Assembly (NCBI RefSeq): GCF_003334305.1
Contig: NZ_QOWS01000017.1
Length of the DNA: 64,000 nucleotides
Reading direction: 5' to 3' (one strand)
Source: Escherichia coli
GTDB lineage: Bacteria; Pseudomonadota; Gammaproteobacteria; Enterobacterales; Enterobacteriaceae
Position numbers and translations under genes: made by a program. Shown here piece after piece: positions 63,268 to 64,000 of the stretch (positions are counted from its first letter, which is position 1; every line of letters starts with the position of its first letter). Below the pieces are notes generated by a model. The model was not told the DNA's origin. It did no database searches and saw only the letters and a list, made by a program, of their open reading frames with translations.

Positions 63268-64000
63268 TGGTACTTCCTCGCTTTAAAAAAGAGCGCACTT
63301 CGTAAGTGCCCTTATATAAATAACGAGTTTGGTCAACCAATTTTTTGACATGTATCACAAATTTGAATAGATGTATTACATCGGCTATCTTTTATTGCAC
63401 CAACGTCATTGATATATGTCGCCTGAAGTCAGTTCCGGGAATGAGTCTGATCTCAAGACTGGCCCAGTCCGGGCGTTGATTGGCGCTGAGGAGCATATCG
63501 CATCTCATCATAATGTCGTATCTCCTGGGGTGTTATACAAGATATCGTTGTTGGTGACCTGGGAGAGGAATTGAGTTCTATTAAACCGTCAACTATGCCG
63601 GATACATACTGGATTACACTGCAGGCACGCCTTACGAGAGAACGTGCCGCAGTGACGGGTTAATTATCTGAAAGAATTTGTGAGGCTGTATCGGTTACTC
63701 ATTGATTTGATAGTTTTACTCTCGGGAGAGTAATAGATATTTAATCTATTAACGGAAACCAGCCAGTTCCTTTCGATGCCTGAATTTGATTCCATAGTTT
63801 ATCCGGAATGGTTAATTCATGAATAAGTTGTGTTCTCGTTCATGAGAAGCATAACGTAAAGGGAAAAGCTCGATTAGACGGCAGGATTTGTCAGGGGTTA
63901 TGAACGAAATTCATAAATCTGTTTGAGTGTTGCGATGGGTAGTGCAAGTTCGAAATCTCCGCAATTTACAGTCCGATGAAGGAAAATGAATATCCATAAA

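Overview
This window reads as an Escherichia coli chromosomal segment that I recall as the K-12 interval yafV to ykgR. Identification rests on remembered protein sequences and gene order only. No search was run.

Conserved backbone:
- Left side, about 1-23.3 kb: yafV, ivy, fadE, gmhA, yafJ, yafK, yafQ-dinJ, yafL, the lfhA/lafU Flag-2 deletion scar, dinB, yafP, rtcB-like/prfH, pepD, gpt, frsA, crl, phoE, proBA and tRNA-Thr thrW.
- Right side, about 47.3-64 kb: yagP fragment, paoDCBA, yagU, ykgJ, ecpEDCBA-ecpR, ykgL, ykgO/ykgM with a Zur box, and ykgR.

Between thrW and yagP, where K-12 carries the cryptic prophage CP4-6, two unrelated integrative elements sit in tandem. Three copies of the thrW 3' core separate them (23340-23360, 35185-35205, and a degenerate copy at 47262-47280).

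Element 1 (23.3-35.2 kb) is an apparently complete P4-like satellite prophage:
- Genes: int, psu, an Ogr/Delta-like activator, sid, vis, an Icd-like gene, epsilon, orf151 and the alpha primase-helicase.
- Sites: a P2-type cos site, TGTTCACC iterons at ori and crr, and TGT-N12-ACA late-activator boxes.
- Its int-to-cos accessory slot carries an AT-rich two-gene OLD-ATPase/TOPRIM plus UvrD-like helicase cassette (Gabija-type, gajAB).

Element 2 (35.2-47.3 kb) is the most interesting part. It is a 12-kb AT-rich island with these features:
- A distal, convergently oriented tyrosine integrase.
- A 3.2-kb gene-poor left arm full of iterons, palindromes and GC-rich hairpin patches.
- Two paralogous strong sigma70 promoters, each followed by a structured leader and an intrinsic terminator ahead of an operon.
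- An RHH / wHTH replication-regulation module.
- A lambda D-like/E-like capsid pair and a tape-measure-like protein with a following tail-lumen-like protein.
- No recognisable terminase, portal, protease, tail tube or lysis genes.

I interpret element 2 as a candidate undescribed helper-dependent phage satellite or phage-derived island. All of its functional calls are low to moderate confidence and need HMM and structure searches.

No rRNA gene and no CRISPR array were seen.
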